A stretch of DNA of 63,874 nt, the filler included, from Reclinomonas americana ATCC 50394 (taxonomy: Eukaryota), in assembly GCA_048213135.1 (NCBI GenBank). It is 12 parts of 12 records of this genome, joined end to end, with 100 filler letters (N's around TTAATTAATTAA, not from the genome) between each part and the next. Parts side by side here need not be neighbours in the genome. Positions count along the whole stretch, not along the records: positions 11,467 to 20,347 come from AFZH01018796.1; positions 20,448 to 23,553 come from AFZH01018797.1; positions 23,654 to 27,676 come from AFZH01018798.1; positions 27,777 to 35,207 come from AFZH01018800.1; positions 35,308 to 38,482 come from AFZH01018802.1; 7 more parts are not named here. One strand, written 5' to 3'. The notes below the pieces were generated by a model. It was not told the origin of the DNA, made no database searches, and worked only from the letters and a program-made list of their open reading frames with translations. How positions within the stretch are numbered: the stretch's first letter is position 1; every line of letters starts with the position of its first letter. The position numbers were made by a program, and so were the translations under genes. Shown here piece by piece: positions 12,130 to 35,344 of this stretch.

Positions 12130-15087
12130 AGACAACCCGTTAACCACTTATCTCTCGGCCCTGCACCATTACTCATATGACGACCCCTGTCCAGGTATCG
12201 TGTGCTCGCTGTACATCAACGCATTACTGGCTCGTCAGGCGGACGGTTCGCAGGTTACCCAATCACTCCGAGGTGTGTGTGGTTCAGTTTAATAGCCAGA
12301 AGTGGATTTATTTGTTTCTCACTCGAGTATTTTTCTGATGCAGATGTTGCGAGCCGGCTTCCTTTCTATCATATTATGTCCTCGCCCCTCACATTGGTGT
12401 ACAGCTCTGGATCGGCGTCATCACTGGCCTCATGCTGCTCCCCATAATGTTTGTGCTGGCCTTGCCATTTAGCCGGACACCGCGCTGTTTCGATTGCATT
12501 TGCTGGGGAAGTGTTTACATGCTCCTATCTCACTGTTGATGCTGCAGTCACCGAGGACGATACGTGGCTGGAGAAGGGCGAGCGGAGGCGTGTGCGCGAT
12601 GAGATTGCGAGGCTTGGTCTAGTTATTGCGCCGGAGTCGCCAGCGAAGCGTGTGGAGTCGAGCGATGGGCAGTGTGCGTCGCCAGTAGGTGAGTTATCGA
12701 GGGAAAGGGCGAGAAAAGGAAGGGGAAGGGAGAGGGAGAGGGAGAGAGAAGGGGATGGAGTGGGAGGCGAGAGAGAGAGAAAGGGATGGAGAGGGAGAGA
12801 TAAGGGTGAGAGTGAGTGAGTATGTCAGTGAATGATTGTGAGTGATTGGAACGGGACAGAGAAAAGAGAGGGAAAGTGAGCGAGTCAGTGGTGGAGTAAG
12901 TGTTGAGTGACGCTGTGATGCGACTGAAGGTGGTAGCAATAATGATTGCAGGCAATCTTCCCTCCGCGTTCTTCTATGCTTTGTCTCTGTGCGATCGTCT
13001 TTCTGCTGCAACTCAGTCGCGCGATTCCTTTGTGCGCCATGTCAGTGAATGATTGTGAGTGATTGGAACGGGGCAGAGAAAAAGAGAGGGAAAGTGAGCG
13101 AGTCAGTGGTGGAGTAAGTGTTGAGTGACGCTGTGACGCGACTGAAGGTGGTCGCAATAATGATTACAGACAATCTTCCTTCCGCGTTCTTTCTATGCTT
13201 CGTCTCTGTGCGACCGTCTTTCTGCTGCAACTCAGTCGCGCGATTCCTTTGTGCGCCATGTCAGTGAATGATTGTGAGTGAGTGGGAACGGAACTGAGAA
13301 AAAGAGATGGTAAGTGAAATAATGATTGCAGGCAATCTTCCCTCCGCGTTCTTCTATGCTTCGTCTCTGTGCAACCGTCTTTCTGCTGCAGCTCAGTCGC
13401 GCGATTCCTTTGTGCGCCATTTGCCAGCGTGATAGCTCGTTTCCTCATGCATGCTTTGCTTCTGTTGATAGGCACATCGAGCCCCTCGTCGGCCTGGCTG
13501 CTGGGGCCAGCGACTCCGGAATCACAGTCGCCGATGTCACCGGTATGTTGATGATCTCCGCTGCACTCTTGCGTTGATGTTGGGCTCACCTGGTTATCCG
13601 CCCAGGCCCGGCGAGCGAGACCAACGACAATTGATTTCGACAGAGTGGTTCGCGATGACGAAGTCCTTGCAGTGCGACCTGGTGGCGATGCGTCGGTCGG
13701 CGCGGAGCCTGTGTTGGAGGTGCGTATCACTTGTGTGGTTTCAGACTATCCCAATCCCCCTCGTGTGCTCACGCAATGGAGCAGGACGTGCTGCGATCGG
13801 CTGCCTTTTCTGGTACTGTGCTGCCGTCGACTTTGAGGCTCAGAGCCGGCGTGTATCCGGCCCTGCGAGTGTCTGTCGGCGAGCTGCGGACGCGCACTGG
13901 GGTGCTCAATATCACTGCCGAGGCGGGAGTCACGGTGGTGAGTGCGAGCGCATATCTGTTATGTACGACGTGCACACCTGACGCGTTGTTGAGCAGATTA
14001 TCCGCGGACTCAATGATGTCGGATTTGATCCGGTGGGTGGTAAATGTGCGGCGATGATTTGTCTGTCTCTGCATGCTGAATCGTTGTGGCTGTAGCTGGA
14101 GCCGACTGCCGATGCCAGCGACATCGGCGAAGCGAGTATCAGGAAAGGGCCGGCGGCGGTTGTGGTGCGTGTGGGTGTTTGTGTTGTCACTTTGCACTGT
14201 GATTGCAAGCTCACCAGCGACCGTGCTCCAGGAAATGAGACCACTGCCACCCGCCACTGATACATTCACCATGGTATGTGGCTGCGAGCTGTTCTGTTGT
14301 TCTCCTGACCCATTCACTTGGCGCTTGTTGCAGCGTCACCTGGAGCGCCGCATATTCTTCCTCGATCGGCTGCACAAGGCCGTTAGCCGGAAGCCGACCG
14401 CCAGTGCCGATGGAGCGGGTCTGCTAGGTGAGCGGGTGCAGCACTGCCATGTCCATTGCGTGTGTACACCACTCACAGATCTGCGCAGCTGCGCCTGCGG
14501 GTGGTCATGTGCCGCCATTCGCCGTGTCGATGTTGGATCTGAGTTGCGTTCTTTTCACTCCACACTCTCATGCATTGTCGCCACTCTCAACTTTGGCGGG
14601 TGCAACACAGATGATGACGCAAGTGGGAGCTTGCCGTCACACACGGTGGTCGACAATGGTGGTGTTGGTGGTGAGTAATCACTGCAGCATCCTGCACAGC
14701 ACTCCTTTTTTCCCACAAAATTTGTGCGGTGCAGATGACGACAACGGACTGCCTGTACACACCATCAATCTGCGCGGTGTGCAACTGGGCGGCAGTGAGG
14801 CGCTTGTGGTGGACTCGGCGGCGAGCGGCTCCGTGCTGCGCATCAATGTGCCGACGCAGTTGGAACAAAAGGCGGTGGCGCAGATGATGAAGCGATGGGC
14901 GGGTGTGAGAGTTGGTGTGATTGGGGAAGACGATGACACCGACGACGTTGATGGTGGTGTTCATGAGAAGGGGGAGATGGAGGAGGAGGGTGAGGTGCAG
15001 GTGAAGATGCCGCGTGGTTGCTGCGGGCGAGTGTTGAAGAGCTTCTTTGAGAAGAGGCTGCCGTATCAGTTGCGTGACGAAGAGTGA
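12130..15087 (+). CDS. Hypothetical multi-exon protein; exon structure only partly resolved
   Basis: A series of short GT-AG-bounded, coding-like segments (e.g. DVLRSAAFSGTVLPSTLRLRAG, RHLERRIFFLDRLHKAV) ending in a terminal exon ..LKSFFEKRLPYQLRDEE* at 15087. Confidence 0.45.
12823..13420 (+). repeat. Three tandem copies of a ~218-bp unit (third copy internally deleted)
   Basis: GTCAGTGAATGATTGTGAGTGA...GCGATTCCTTTGTGCGCCAT recurs starting at ~12824, 13041 and 13260. Confidence 0.9.
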
Positions 15088-17364
15088 AAGGGGGGAAAGA
15101 GTGGGAAGGGGGAGGGAGAGGGGGAGGTAGGGAAAAGGAGAGGGGAGGGGAAAGGGGGAAGGGAGGGGAAAAGAGAGAGAGAGCAAGATAGAAAGAAACC
15201 GAGAGCGACAGAGAGAGAGAGAGAGAGAAAGAAAGAAAGAAAGAAGGAGAGAAATAGAGAACGATACATGGAGATGGATGAGGTATGGCCGATATGGATA
15301 GGTGCAGTGAACATGATTGAAAGTGCAAGGATAGTATGCGAACTGTGGGAGAGAAAAACCAACTAAGTGCTGCGCTTCTTTGAGAAGAGGCTGCCGTAAA
15401 AGTTTCGTGACGAAGAGGGAAAGGGGGGAGACTGGGAAAGGGGAGGGAGGGGGTGGGCAAGGGAGAGGGGAGGGGGGAAGGCGGGAAGAGAGAAAGGAAG
15501 AAAGAAGGAGAAAAGAGAGAGAAAGAAGGAGAGTGTGAGAGAAAGAAAGAAAGAAAGAAGAAATAAGGAAGGAATGAATGAGATAGAGTGAGACGGAGGC
15601 AAGAGAGAACGATACATGGATGAGGTAAGGCCGATATGGATAGGTACAGTGAACATGATTGAAAGTAAGGGAGAAGGGTGCCTCGAGGAAGAGGAGTGGC
15701 AAGAAGAAGAACTAGAGGCTGTGGTTTGAGACAAGTATACGAGGCCACGTAGCTGACATGTCCGCGCCGCAGATTGGTGTACTTTGGATTTGCAGTGTGC
15801 TGGCTCGTGGGACTGCTGCTCACGTACCTCACGCTGATTGTTGCGTGCTCCTGTGAGACGTCTGTAGATTAGAGAGATTGCGCTCACTGCTGTGAGCGAC
15901 ACACAGACAATTGCCAAGCTGTTGGAGGACGAGGCCGACAGCGAGGTGTTCAATGCCACGGTCATCTCTGTGGGTCAGGATGTTTTGTTGAATGAGCCGC
16001 TGAAGGTACTTTCGTCGTGTGTGAGCACTGGTGCGCGTGAGTGCTTGTGTGCATAACTGTGGAAACGCAGATCATACTGGCCACCTTGTTTACGTGCCTC
16101 GGGTTCGAGTGTGGCTGCTGGGGCGATATGGCGCGCACGTGTGCGTCCATTTGTTGAAAAAAGTAGTTCAATAGTCGATGTATAGTGATGTGTTAATGAT
16201 AATGGACAGGAGGGGAAGAGGGGACAGGAGGGGAGAGGAGGGGAGAGGGAATTGGGAAGAGAGGTGGTGGCACTGGGAGGCGATAGACGGCGGCCGTTGA
16301 AGACGCCTCGACAGTGAGATCGCCGTCAGCCGCCTCCTGCGCCACTAGCTGGGCTATGTGATGGTAGACAACAATTGCGGTGATTGCCAACTTGAAACAG
16401 TCTCCTTTGCTGATCCAAGCAGCAGCACAGCTGTCTGGAAGGTGCGTAACCAATTCGGCTCTGCTGCAGCTGCAGTTGCAAACCGCTCGGCTCGTCTCTC
16501 ACTTGATCACCTGCAACTGGCAGGACTGCCTCCGCACCACTCGTTATCGGCAGCTGCAGGAACTCGATCGCTGCGCGAGTTCGAATTAGAAATGCAATCG
16601 CTGCTTCTGGAACTGTTCTCGTGTGACGATATGAATCGTAAAGGTTGCATGGGGGAAGTGGCAAAAGGACGGCAAAAGCAGCCGATTGCGAGGAAATGAA
16701 TGCACGTGAAGCTCGACTTCTTCTCGCTTTTTTTGTGATGCCTCAGTTTCTGGTGCTCGCTCAAGATGCTGATCATCATGATCATGCAGTGAATTGCTGG
16801 GCCTCTCTGATATCGACTTCATGCGGTCCCACACATTGTTATGACCAGTTTTGCTGACCACTCAAACGACATGGAGACCTCGGTCAGTCGCCTACCCACA
16901 TGAGCCCCACACGCAGCGTGTGACTCTTGACTGACTCTCCCCCTCTCTCTCTCTCCATCTCTCTCACCTCACAGATGCCCATTATTGAGCCGATTTGCGT
17001 GATTGCCACGCCGATTGCACAGCCGATTGCACAGCCGATCGTGTCGCGCTTCGGCACCCAGATGGAGCCGGAGGTGAGTGAGGAAAGCACCAAGGAAAGA
17101 GAGAGGAGAAAAGCGAAGACAGACTGATTGATTAGTAACTTGCCACTCTCTTCTTCTGCTTCTTGTTGAGTGTTTGAGAGTGTGTAGGCGAGTGTGTGTG
17201 TGTGTGTTTGTGAATGGCAGAGAGGGAGAGAGAGAGAGAGAGACAGGATGTTTGTGAGTGCGAGAAGAGTTTTGTATTGTTGTGTGTGTCTCTCTCTTCT
17301 CATCCGTTTAGTGTCTCACTCTTGTTGCACATGCTACGTGTTATGTGTGCGCTTGTGCAGAGGA

Positions 17365-17395
<31 letters not shown>

Positions 17396-20300
17396 TGACG
17401 CAAAAAGGTGTCTGGTTTCATTTGTTGGCTTGTTTTGCATGTGTGTGTGCATGTGTGTATGTGTGTGAGAGAGAGTGTGTGCGTGTGTGTGCGTGAGTGT
17501 GTGGCGTGTGTGTGAGAGAGAGGAAGAGTGCGAGAGTGTTTTGTCTGCTTTTGTCTGCTTGTGGGCCATGTCACGCACTCTCTCTCTCTCTCTCTTGTTC
17601 ATGATGCTCTTGTCGACAAGCGTTGTATAGAAAGGAACGCGCAGACAGAAGCTGAGCAGCGAGAGAGCGCAAAGGCAGACAGACAAAGAGAAAGATCACG
17701 CGCGCGCTATCACCTTTTGTTGCTGCTGACTCTCACGCATGGCACACACAGAGCGGCAGCGTTGGCGACCTTGCTGGCTGGGGCTACTAAAGCCAGTGCA
17801 TCTTGCACGATGATGATCCGCTGCCACTGGAGAACAGTGAGCGAAAAGTGGGGGGAAGAGAGCGGAAATGTCTGTAAAACGTGGCGCGCGACATTATCAT
17901 CATCATTGTTGTTATCAAGAAGAGAACACGAGACGCGCTGTTTGCTTGTGTTGGTGTGACTTGTGTGTGTGTGTGGCAAGAGAAGGCGCCACAAAAGCAT
18001 TCGTGTTCGAATTTGTGGGGTATCTTTTTTCTTAACAATCAAAACATCGTCATGGAGTGCGAGTCTGCTTGCGCAATCATCTCTGCGGTGAGTGTGTGTG
18101 TGTGTGTGAGAGAGAGAGGCACGCAGTTGCAAAGTGACGATCTCTCTCTCGTGCATTACTCTCTGTGTCTGCTCCTTCTCTCATTCATGTTCTCCCTCAT
18201 TCTCTGTCCATGTCTTCTTCTTCTTCTTCTCTCTCACCTCCTCCTCATCCTCCTCCTTCTTCTTCTCCTCCTCCTCCTCCTCCTCCTCCTCTGCTTTTCC
18301 CTTTCCCCTTTCACCCTCCTCCTTCTTCCTTCTTATTATACTTCTTTTTCTCCTCCACCTCCTTCTCCTCCTCCTCCTCCTCCTCCACCCGCTCCTCCGC
18401 CGTTTCCCTCTTCCCCCTTCTCCTTTTCTCACCACTTTCTTGCTCACAGGCATCAACTGGTCCGGCCGTCGCCGCCCGCGCCCCCGCGTCCGTGTTCTCG
18501 TTCGAGCAGATGCCCACTGGAGCCGATGTTGTTGCGTTTTATGCCTCTGTATCTCACTCACTCACTCACCTGCTCATACCCCCTGGCCAGATTGACATCG
18601 GCAGCTGGGCCTTCTGAGGCGCCTCCAGCAACGCACACATCCTTGTGTGTGGCAAGCTGTGCCGCGGGTTCTTTTTGGTTGTTTTTTTGGTTGAGGAGCA
18701 ATGCACTTCCCCCCTTGTTGATCCCCGTCCGTCTTTCGTACTTCAAGGTAAGGGCGGTTCATTGTGACAGAGACCTCTCTTTTTTGCACGAACACCGAGA
18801 GCAGTGGAGAAAGGGCTCGGTGACGAGCAACAGGAGGCCGGCGGCAACACAGCACCAACACACGCCAGGTCGCGGCATGAGAAAAGCAACGCATGCAGGG
18901 ATCGGAGGAAGTGTGGGGCGAGTCGCTGAGATTGGGGAGGAGCTGAGAAAGCAAAGAAAAAGAGATGGTGGTCAAGGCATCCAGCACATCGATAAGCGGG
19001 TGATGAGCAGGTCGGGCGCAAACAAGCCCTTCCAGTTCACCAGCGCGCTCCCGACGTTGTGGCAAGCCAACACAACCCACACATAAGAAGAAGAAAAGAT
19101 TGGCCGTGAAGCACGCAACATGAAGATAAGCCGAATGACACCATGTGGTTTTGACGTGCAGCACTCAACAAAACCCATGAAAAAGAAGAAAAGTGATTGG
19201 CCGCGCAGCATGCAGCAGATCGATAAGCGGTAGATGAGCACTTCGGGCACAATGCCCTTCATGGTCATCCATGCGCTCCCGACATGCAGCACTCAACCCG
19301 ACCATACAAAAAGAAGAAGAAAAGAATGGACAGCGGATCGATAAGCGGGTTCACTCACGCGCTCTCGACGTGTAGCAAGTCAGCACAGCCAGCCCTTGAG
19401 AACGGGCATTGAGAAAAAGGAAGTCTGCATGCAGCACATCGACAACGAGAAGACGACGCGAATCAGGCACCATAAGAAGCCCAACTGGCCACCGACGCAT
19501 TGTCCATGTAAAGCAGTCAGCACAAGCAGAAAAGGAGTCAGCCGTGCAGCTACGAGCGCGCGCACGATGACAGCGAGAAGACGACGCGAGTCGATCAGCG
19601 ATCACGACTGGCCACCGACGCGCGGTCAACGTGGAGCGGTCGCCACAACCAACTCGGGAGGAAACGGGGAAAAAATAAAAGGAAAAACAAGAAAGATACA
19701 GAGTAGAGGAAAAAACACACAACGCCAGTGCGGCAACGCGGGGTTGTGTCTGATGCCTCAGACGACCGACGCGGGCAACAATGTCCGTCGACGATCAAGT
19801 GAGGCGCTCAGCACGCCCAGTCGCCCATGAGGTTCACGTCCTTCTGCTCAACGCGCAAAAAACAACAGCATGGTCAGGGGGAAAAAGAAGTGCAGTGGAG
19901 GAGGGAGGAGGCGCAGACTCACCACGGTGCAGGTAAGGTACCACGGGACCGTGGTCGAGTCCGCTGTATCAGGCACCGGGGTGATGCACACTGGGTTGCT
20001 GGAGGGGAGCTGTGAGAAGAGGAAGGGGGTGAGGTGAGATGAGACTAAAAATTGACTCTTTCGAATACCGACAGCGAGAGAAGAGAAGAATGCGAGAGGC
20101 GAGAGGGGAGAAAGAGTGAGTGCGTGGAAAAGAGAGAAGTGCGAGTGTGAAAAAGCAGAGTGCGAACTAAATGAGGCAAGAATGGTCTAGAGGAGAGAGA
20201 TGAGAGGGAACACAGCAAGGGACAAGAGAAGGAGAGAGAAAGAGAGAGCGAACGAAGAGAGACAAGAATGATCCTTGTAAGAGATAGTCAGGGAGAAAGC

Positions 20301-20809
20301 GGAACGACACAGCAAGGGAGAGGGGAGAGAAGGGGGAGAAGAGAGACNNNNNNNNNNNNNNNNNNNNNNNNNNNNNNNNNNNNNNNNNNNNTTAATTAAT
20401 TAANNNNNNNNNNNNNNNNNNNNNNNNNNNNNNNNNNNNNNNNNNNNAGAGAGAGAGAGAGAGAGAGAGAAAATGCGGAAGAAGAGAGGCACGATTGATC
20501 ACGTGCAAGAAAAGAGAAAGACGCAGAAATGAAGGAGATAAGACAAAGAAGGAGAGGAGCTAAGAGGGGGAGAAGGGGGAGATGAGAAGTTGTGTGTGCG
20601 TGAGAAGAGAAGAAGCGAGCACGGAAGAAGACAAGCAAGTTTGATCCCTTGTAAGAAACAGAGAGACAGATAGAAGAAGGTCGACAACAGAGGAGTGGAG
20701 CAAGAGGAGGGAGAATGAGAGAGACGAGAGGTTGTGAGAGAGAGTGTGAGAGAGAGAGAAGCAGTGAGAGCGGAAGGGAATTGCGAGGCAATTGTATCCC
20801 TTGTTCGAG

Positions 20810-20869
<60 letters not shown>

Positions 20870-22749
20870 ACGAGGTACGACACAGCAAAGGAGTGGAGCA
20901 AGAGGAGGGAGAATGCGGGAGACGAGAGGTTGTGAGTGAGATAGAGAGAGAGAGCGAAAGAAGACAGGCACGTTTGATCCCTTGCACGAGAAGAGAGAGG
21001 GAGGGAGAGAGAGAGGAGGGGGGAGAAAGGGGGAGGAGGGGTGTTTGATGAGGAGAGAGTACGTGAGGAAAGGTGAGAGAGACCTAAAGAAAGTCTCTCT
21101 CTTTCGTCCCCCACATTCCGTCTTCTCTTCTCCTCTCCTTCTCCCTTTCTCTCTCTCCTTCTCCCTTTCTCTCTCTCTCTCTCCTTCACTCTGCCTCTCT
21201 CTCTCTGTGCGAGTGTGCGCGCGTGCGTCTAGTTGCTTGCGTCACTTGACTGACGATAAAGAAGAGAAGAGACAGACAAGAACACACACACACACGCCAG
21301 AGAGGCGCATAAGGAGCGTCTATTATGAGCTACACAATCAGGCGAGTGTGTGAGTGCGTGTGCAAAAGAGTGTGTGTGTGTGAGAGAGATAAGAGACTTC
21401 TTTGAGATTTGTGATCACTCTTCTCACTCTCCACGCGCGCTCAATTGCACATGCGACACACGCATGAGAGTGTGTACATAGTGTGTGTGTGTGTGTACAG
21501 TGACACACAGGTGGCGAGTGAGTGACACTCCACACGTGTGACTGCGCGACTCTCTCTCACTCTCTCTCTCTCTGTCTGTCTCCGGTGTGCCTTCTTCATT
21601 GCAGTGCTCGCTTGATGGTATTAATAGTACGCAACTACGTCCATGAGAGGTGGTGGTGGAGGGAAGGATTGAGGCTAGCTCTGGCGCCCAACGATGAGTC
21701 AAAGTAGAATCAAGGTTGGCGGATTTCAATTGGCAAGTGTCAGGGTTGCCGTGAACGTGGACCACTCACGCTGGCCATGGTGTGGTGCTGGGGTACAGCA
21801 GCATATTGCTTCAGAGAATCAGGAGGCGTGAACGTGCATACAGCCACACTTGAGTCGGAACTCGATCACAATACATGCCCGCAGCGCTAGCGCTAGCGCA
21901 ACGCAGCTCACGCGCTTGCGCAGCCGTTCTCTGCCTTCGCAACGGGAGGACGGGTGGGGCGGGTGGACCTCAGATCGGAGGGGCCTGGTGCCGGTGGCAG
22001 TAACTGCGGATTCGAATTCGTCATGTTCTTGTCATATATATACTAGTACTACGTAGTGTACTACGGCGCCGACCAAATACTGGAACACCGCATGCGGTTG
22101 CGTGGATCCGGAGGGGGGGGGGGGTCGTGATCGTCGAGCCGCTGTGTTGCTGGGAGGCAAACTGTGGGGGGAGGGTGGTTGCTTTCCTGTCGCTGGCGTG
22201 TGTCCAGAAAGCATGCATTGATTGTCCAAGTCGTGTCGTGTTTGTGAATAATCCAGTCGGAGTCGCTGTCCGCCAAACCTGTCGTCCCCACAATAATCAA
22301 TAATTTGTCGCGGAGACGACACCACCTCCTGCATCTGTCTTTCTCTCAGTCGCAAAACAGACGCGTGCGGCAGCAGTGTTCGTGCGTGCCACCGAACAAT
22401 CACCAGCCGGTTGTATCCAGCACTTCTTGCATTTCAGTGTGCACTCTGCGTGCCAGTGTGTTTTTCCGATCGGCTCCCTTGCGTGGAAATGTCGCCCCGC
22501 CGTGCACCTTTCGCCGCCCTTGCCGTCGCGCTCTTGTGCTTTGCACTCGCGGTGCTGCATGCAGGTACAGTGTGAAGGCTATCCCACCAGACAGTGGTGC
22601 AGAATAGAAGTATGCAGATCTAGAAATTGTATCCAAATCATGATCATATGTAGCTATAGGCATGCAGTCGCCGCTGCGCAGCGCACGTATACACACGCAT
22701 CTCAGGGAGACGTTCTTCTGTGGTTCTGACTGTACGTGTACGTGCAGAT

Positions 22750-32645
<9,896 letters not shown>

Positions 32646-32868
32646 GTCGACATTCACTTCGACATGCGCGAATGAAGAAGTGTTTTTATTTTGTTGTTGT
32701 TGGTTTTTCGCTGTGCGAACGTGGTGTGCCGAACAACGGCAGTGAGAGAACTGCTGGTGAGCCTCGATCCACATGAATGGTGACCATTTGTAATACGAGT
32801 ATCTGCGCTTCGTTCGACATATCGCTGCGAGTCGAGTGCAAGTGGCAGGACATCACTCAAATCCTCCC

Positions 32869-34100
32869 ATGGCGTGTCTGCGCGCATGCTGGCGCTTGTG
32901 GCAATCCGTCGAGCGGAAACTCTTCTCTGCTTTCGTCGCCGCCATCTACTCTGCCTACACGCTCTGCATTCTTCTGTACTCGGCACTCTCGGCAGTGGCG
33001 GACAGCAACGATTTCAACGCCGCCTCATGCAAGGTTTCTTCACCCACACACTCACATACTCACGACCCTCTCTGTCTCTGGGCATCGCTCACTGTCGATC
33101 GCCAGGATCCCTTCTGTGAGACTGACCACGGCAAGTTCGGCGACTTGTGGTGCGTACACAGTTCAGATGATGATCGACATTGATTTCACGCCAGCATTCA
33201 TCCGACCGTGCCCCTCTCCTGCAGCTGTGGCTACACGGCGCTCTCCGATCCTTCAGGCTTCAGCGTCGTGTTCTTTGTGATCTACATTGTCGCCTTCACC
33301 GACATTGCCTTGCGCCTCATTGTCATGTTCTTTATCTTTGTCTGCTGGTGCGATGGTGCAATGTACCAGCGGGCGCTCTTCTTGACGCGCCACCCGTGGT
33401 ACCTGGTGAGTGGACGACTACATGTGAGACCAGTCCGTGTGCGTTCTCTCATCGCCGTACACTGTGCCGTGCATGCAGATCACCTCGGCTGTGTTGCACG
33501 CCGCCATCATGGCATACTCGGCGGCCTTCTTGCACTACATCCACCAAGGCGAAAATGCCACGTACTTTATCGTCAATAGCTACGCCACTGTGTGGGCGAG
33601 CAACGACCAGTGCCTCAGTGCCTTCCAGACGGCGACTGGCTGTGCTGTTGCCTACCGGTACTGGAACAACAAAGTCGTTGCGTGCGACGATCACTCTCTC
33701 TCTTTCTCTTTCTCTCCCTCTCTCCCCTGTGAGACATGCAGTGACCTCTTTGTCGTGCGCCGCTCAGTTGGTGCTGACCAAGTACGTCGGCCTCGTGACG
33801 GTTCTCTGGAACCTTTTCATGCTGGTGATAGAGCTGTGGGATATCCTGGAGCGCTGCGCATTCAAGCGCGATCATTCCTACCCGGTGTTCTGCAGTTGTT
33901 GGCCGCACGAGCACGGCGACACCGACAACCTCGTCATGTACATTCCTGTCAAGGGCGGTGTGCTGGATGTGGTAATCATTCCCGATCCGCGGGTGCGGGA
34001 TGAGCAGGAACTCGGAGAGCGGCCTCCACAGCCGGTGCAGCAGGAGGCGCCGCGGCCTCCGCAGCCGGTGCAGCAGGAGGCGCCGCGACCGAGGATTTAA
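32869..34100 (+). CDS. Four-TM membrane protein with Cys-containing loops and a Pro/Gln-repeat C-terminal tail (5 exons)
   Basis: Hydrophobic helices LFSAFVAAIYSAYTLCILLYSAL, FSVVFFVIYIVAFTDIALRLIVMFFIFV, ITSAVLHAAIMAYSAAFLHYI and YVGLVTVLWNLFMLVIELW. The tail has RPPQPVQQEAP twice. Confidence 0.75.
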
Positions 34101-35344
34101 TGAATGGTAATTGTTAACTGGCAGAAGGGCAAGGGAGAGGGAGGGGGAGAAGGGGGAGAAGGAGAAGGAGATGGAGGAGGAAGGGATGAGAAAAAGGAGG
34201 GAGGAGGCGAGGAATGAGAGAGAAGGAGAAGGAGAGTGGGCGAAACAAGGAGGTGGGAGAGAAGAGAAATGGTTGGACGGAGTGGGGGAGAAGAGATCGA
34301 GTCTCCAATCGTGAGAAGCGATATGGGAGGAGGACGAGAGGTCGAGGGAGTTGGAGTGAATTGGGGAGAGATCGAGGCAAGGATCGTGAGAGAGGACGGA
34401 GAAGAGGGGGAAAGAGAAGGGAACAGAGGAGAGAGAGACGCATTATGGAGTGAGAGGAAAGGTTGGACGAAGTCAGGGAGAGATCGAAGCACGGATTGTA
34501 GAAAGGAGGAAGACCTGGGAAAGAGAACGGAGAGATGAATGGCTTTGGAGTGAGAGGGTAGGGACAAGAGGAAATGGTTGGCCGAAGTGAGTGAGGAGAG
34601 ATCCAGACAAGGATCGTGAAAGACATGATCATGAAGATCAATGGAGAAAGAGAAGGGAGAGATGACGGGCTCTGGAGTGAGCTCGAGAGGATGGGGGCAA
34701 GATGGAGGAGAAAGGAAAGAGGAGGCGAGGACAAAGCGAACTACGGATATTACGAGACAGCGGGTGAGCGCATGCGGTAAATATTCAGGGAGACGAGGGA
34801 GAGGAGAATGAGAGGTGGGAGGGTTGATCGAAAAGAGAGAAGCGAGGAGAAACGAGGCACTGCATGGAGAACACCCAGCCACACCCTTGTCGACGGTCAC
34901 TCGACTGCACCTCTGCTCCGGATCCTTGTCTCTATTCCTGCTTGGAATTCGGCATGACATCCACTTGTCACGAGCCGTGGTTCTGTTGCAGAAACGCAAT
35001 AGAAGGTCAGCTCTTCGCACACTCCCCCTTTGCCATCAGTCTCTCTCTCAGCTCTCTGACGCACACAAGCGCATACCCCCCCTCCAGCAACACAGCTGCA
35101 AGATGAACCATCTTGCTGGTTCCAGAACTGAGACATCACGCACGCAGAACGAGAAAAGTCGAGATGGCTGCTGATGTATCTCCCTCCCTCTCTCCCTCTC
35201 TCTCTCTNNNNNNNNNNNNNNNNNNNNNNNNNNNNNNNNNNNNNNNNNNNNTTAATTAATTAANNNNNNNNNNNNNNNNNNNNNNNNNNNNNNNNNNNNN
35301 NNNNNNNTCTTTGCTCTTACTCACCCGCCCGCCAAACCTACCAG

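Noticed and set aside
15758..17075. Possible gene(s) with short exon-like segments
   Set aside because: They could not be joined into a consistent reading frame and show no recognisable motif.
22005..22125. Palindrome-rich patch (TATACTAGTA, ACTACGTAGT) and a G run, possibly a Helitron 3' end
   Set aside because: The hairpin is too short, and there is no second copy, matching terminus or Rep/helicase sequence.
34815..35174. Possible TM1 or Cys-rich N-terminal fusion domain for the heliorhodopsin
   Set aside because: No frame-consistent splice path or convincing TM1 motif was found, and an assembly gap separates it from the gene.
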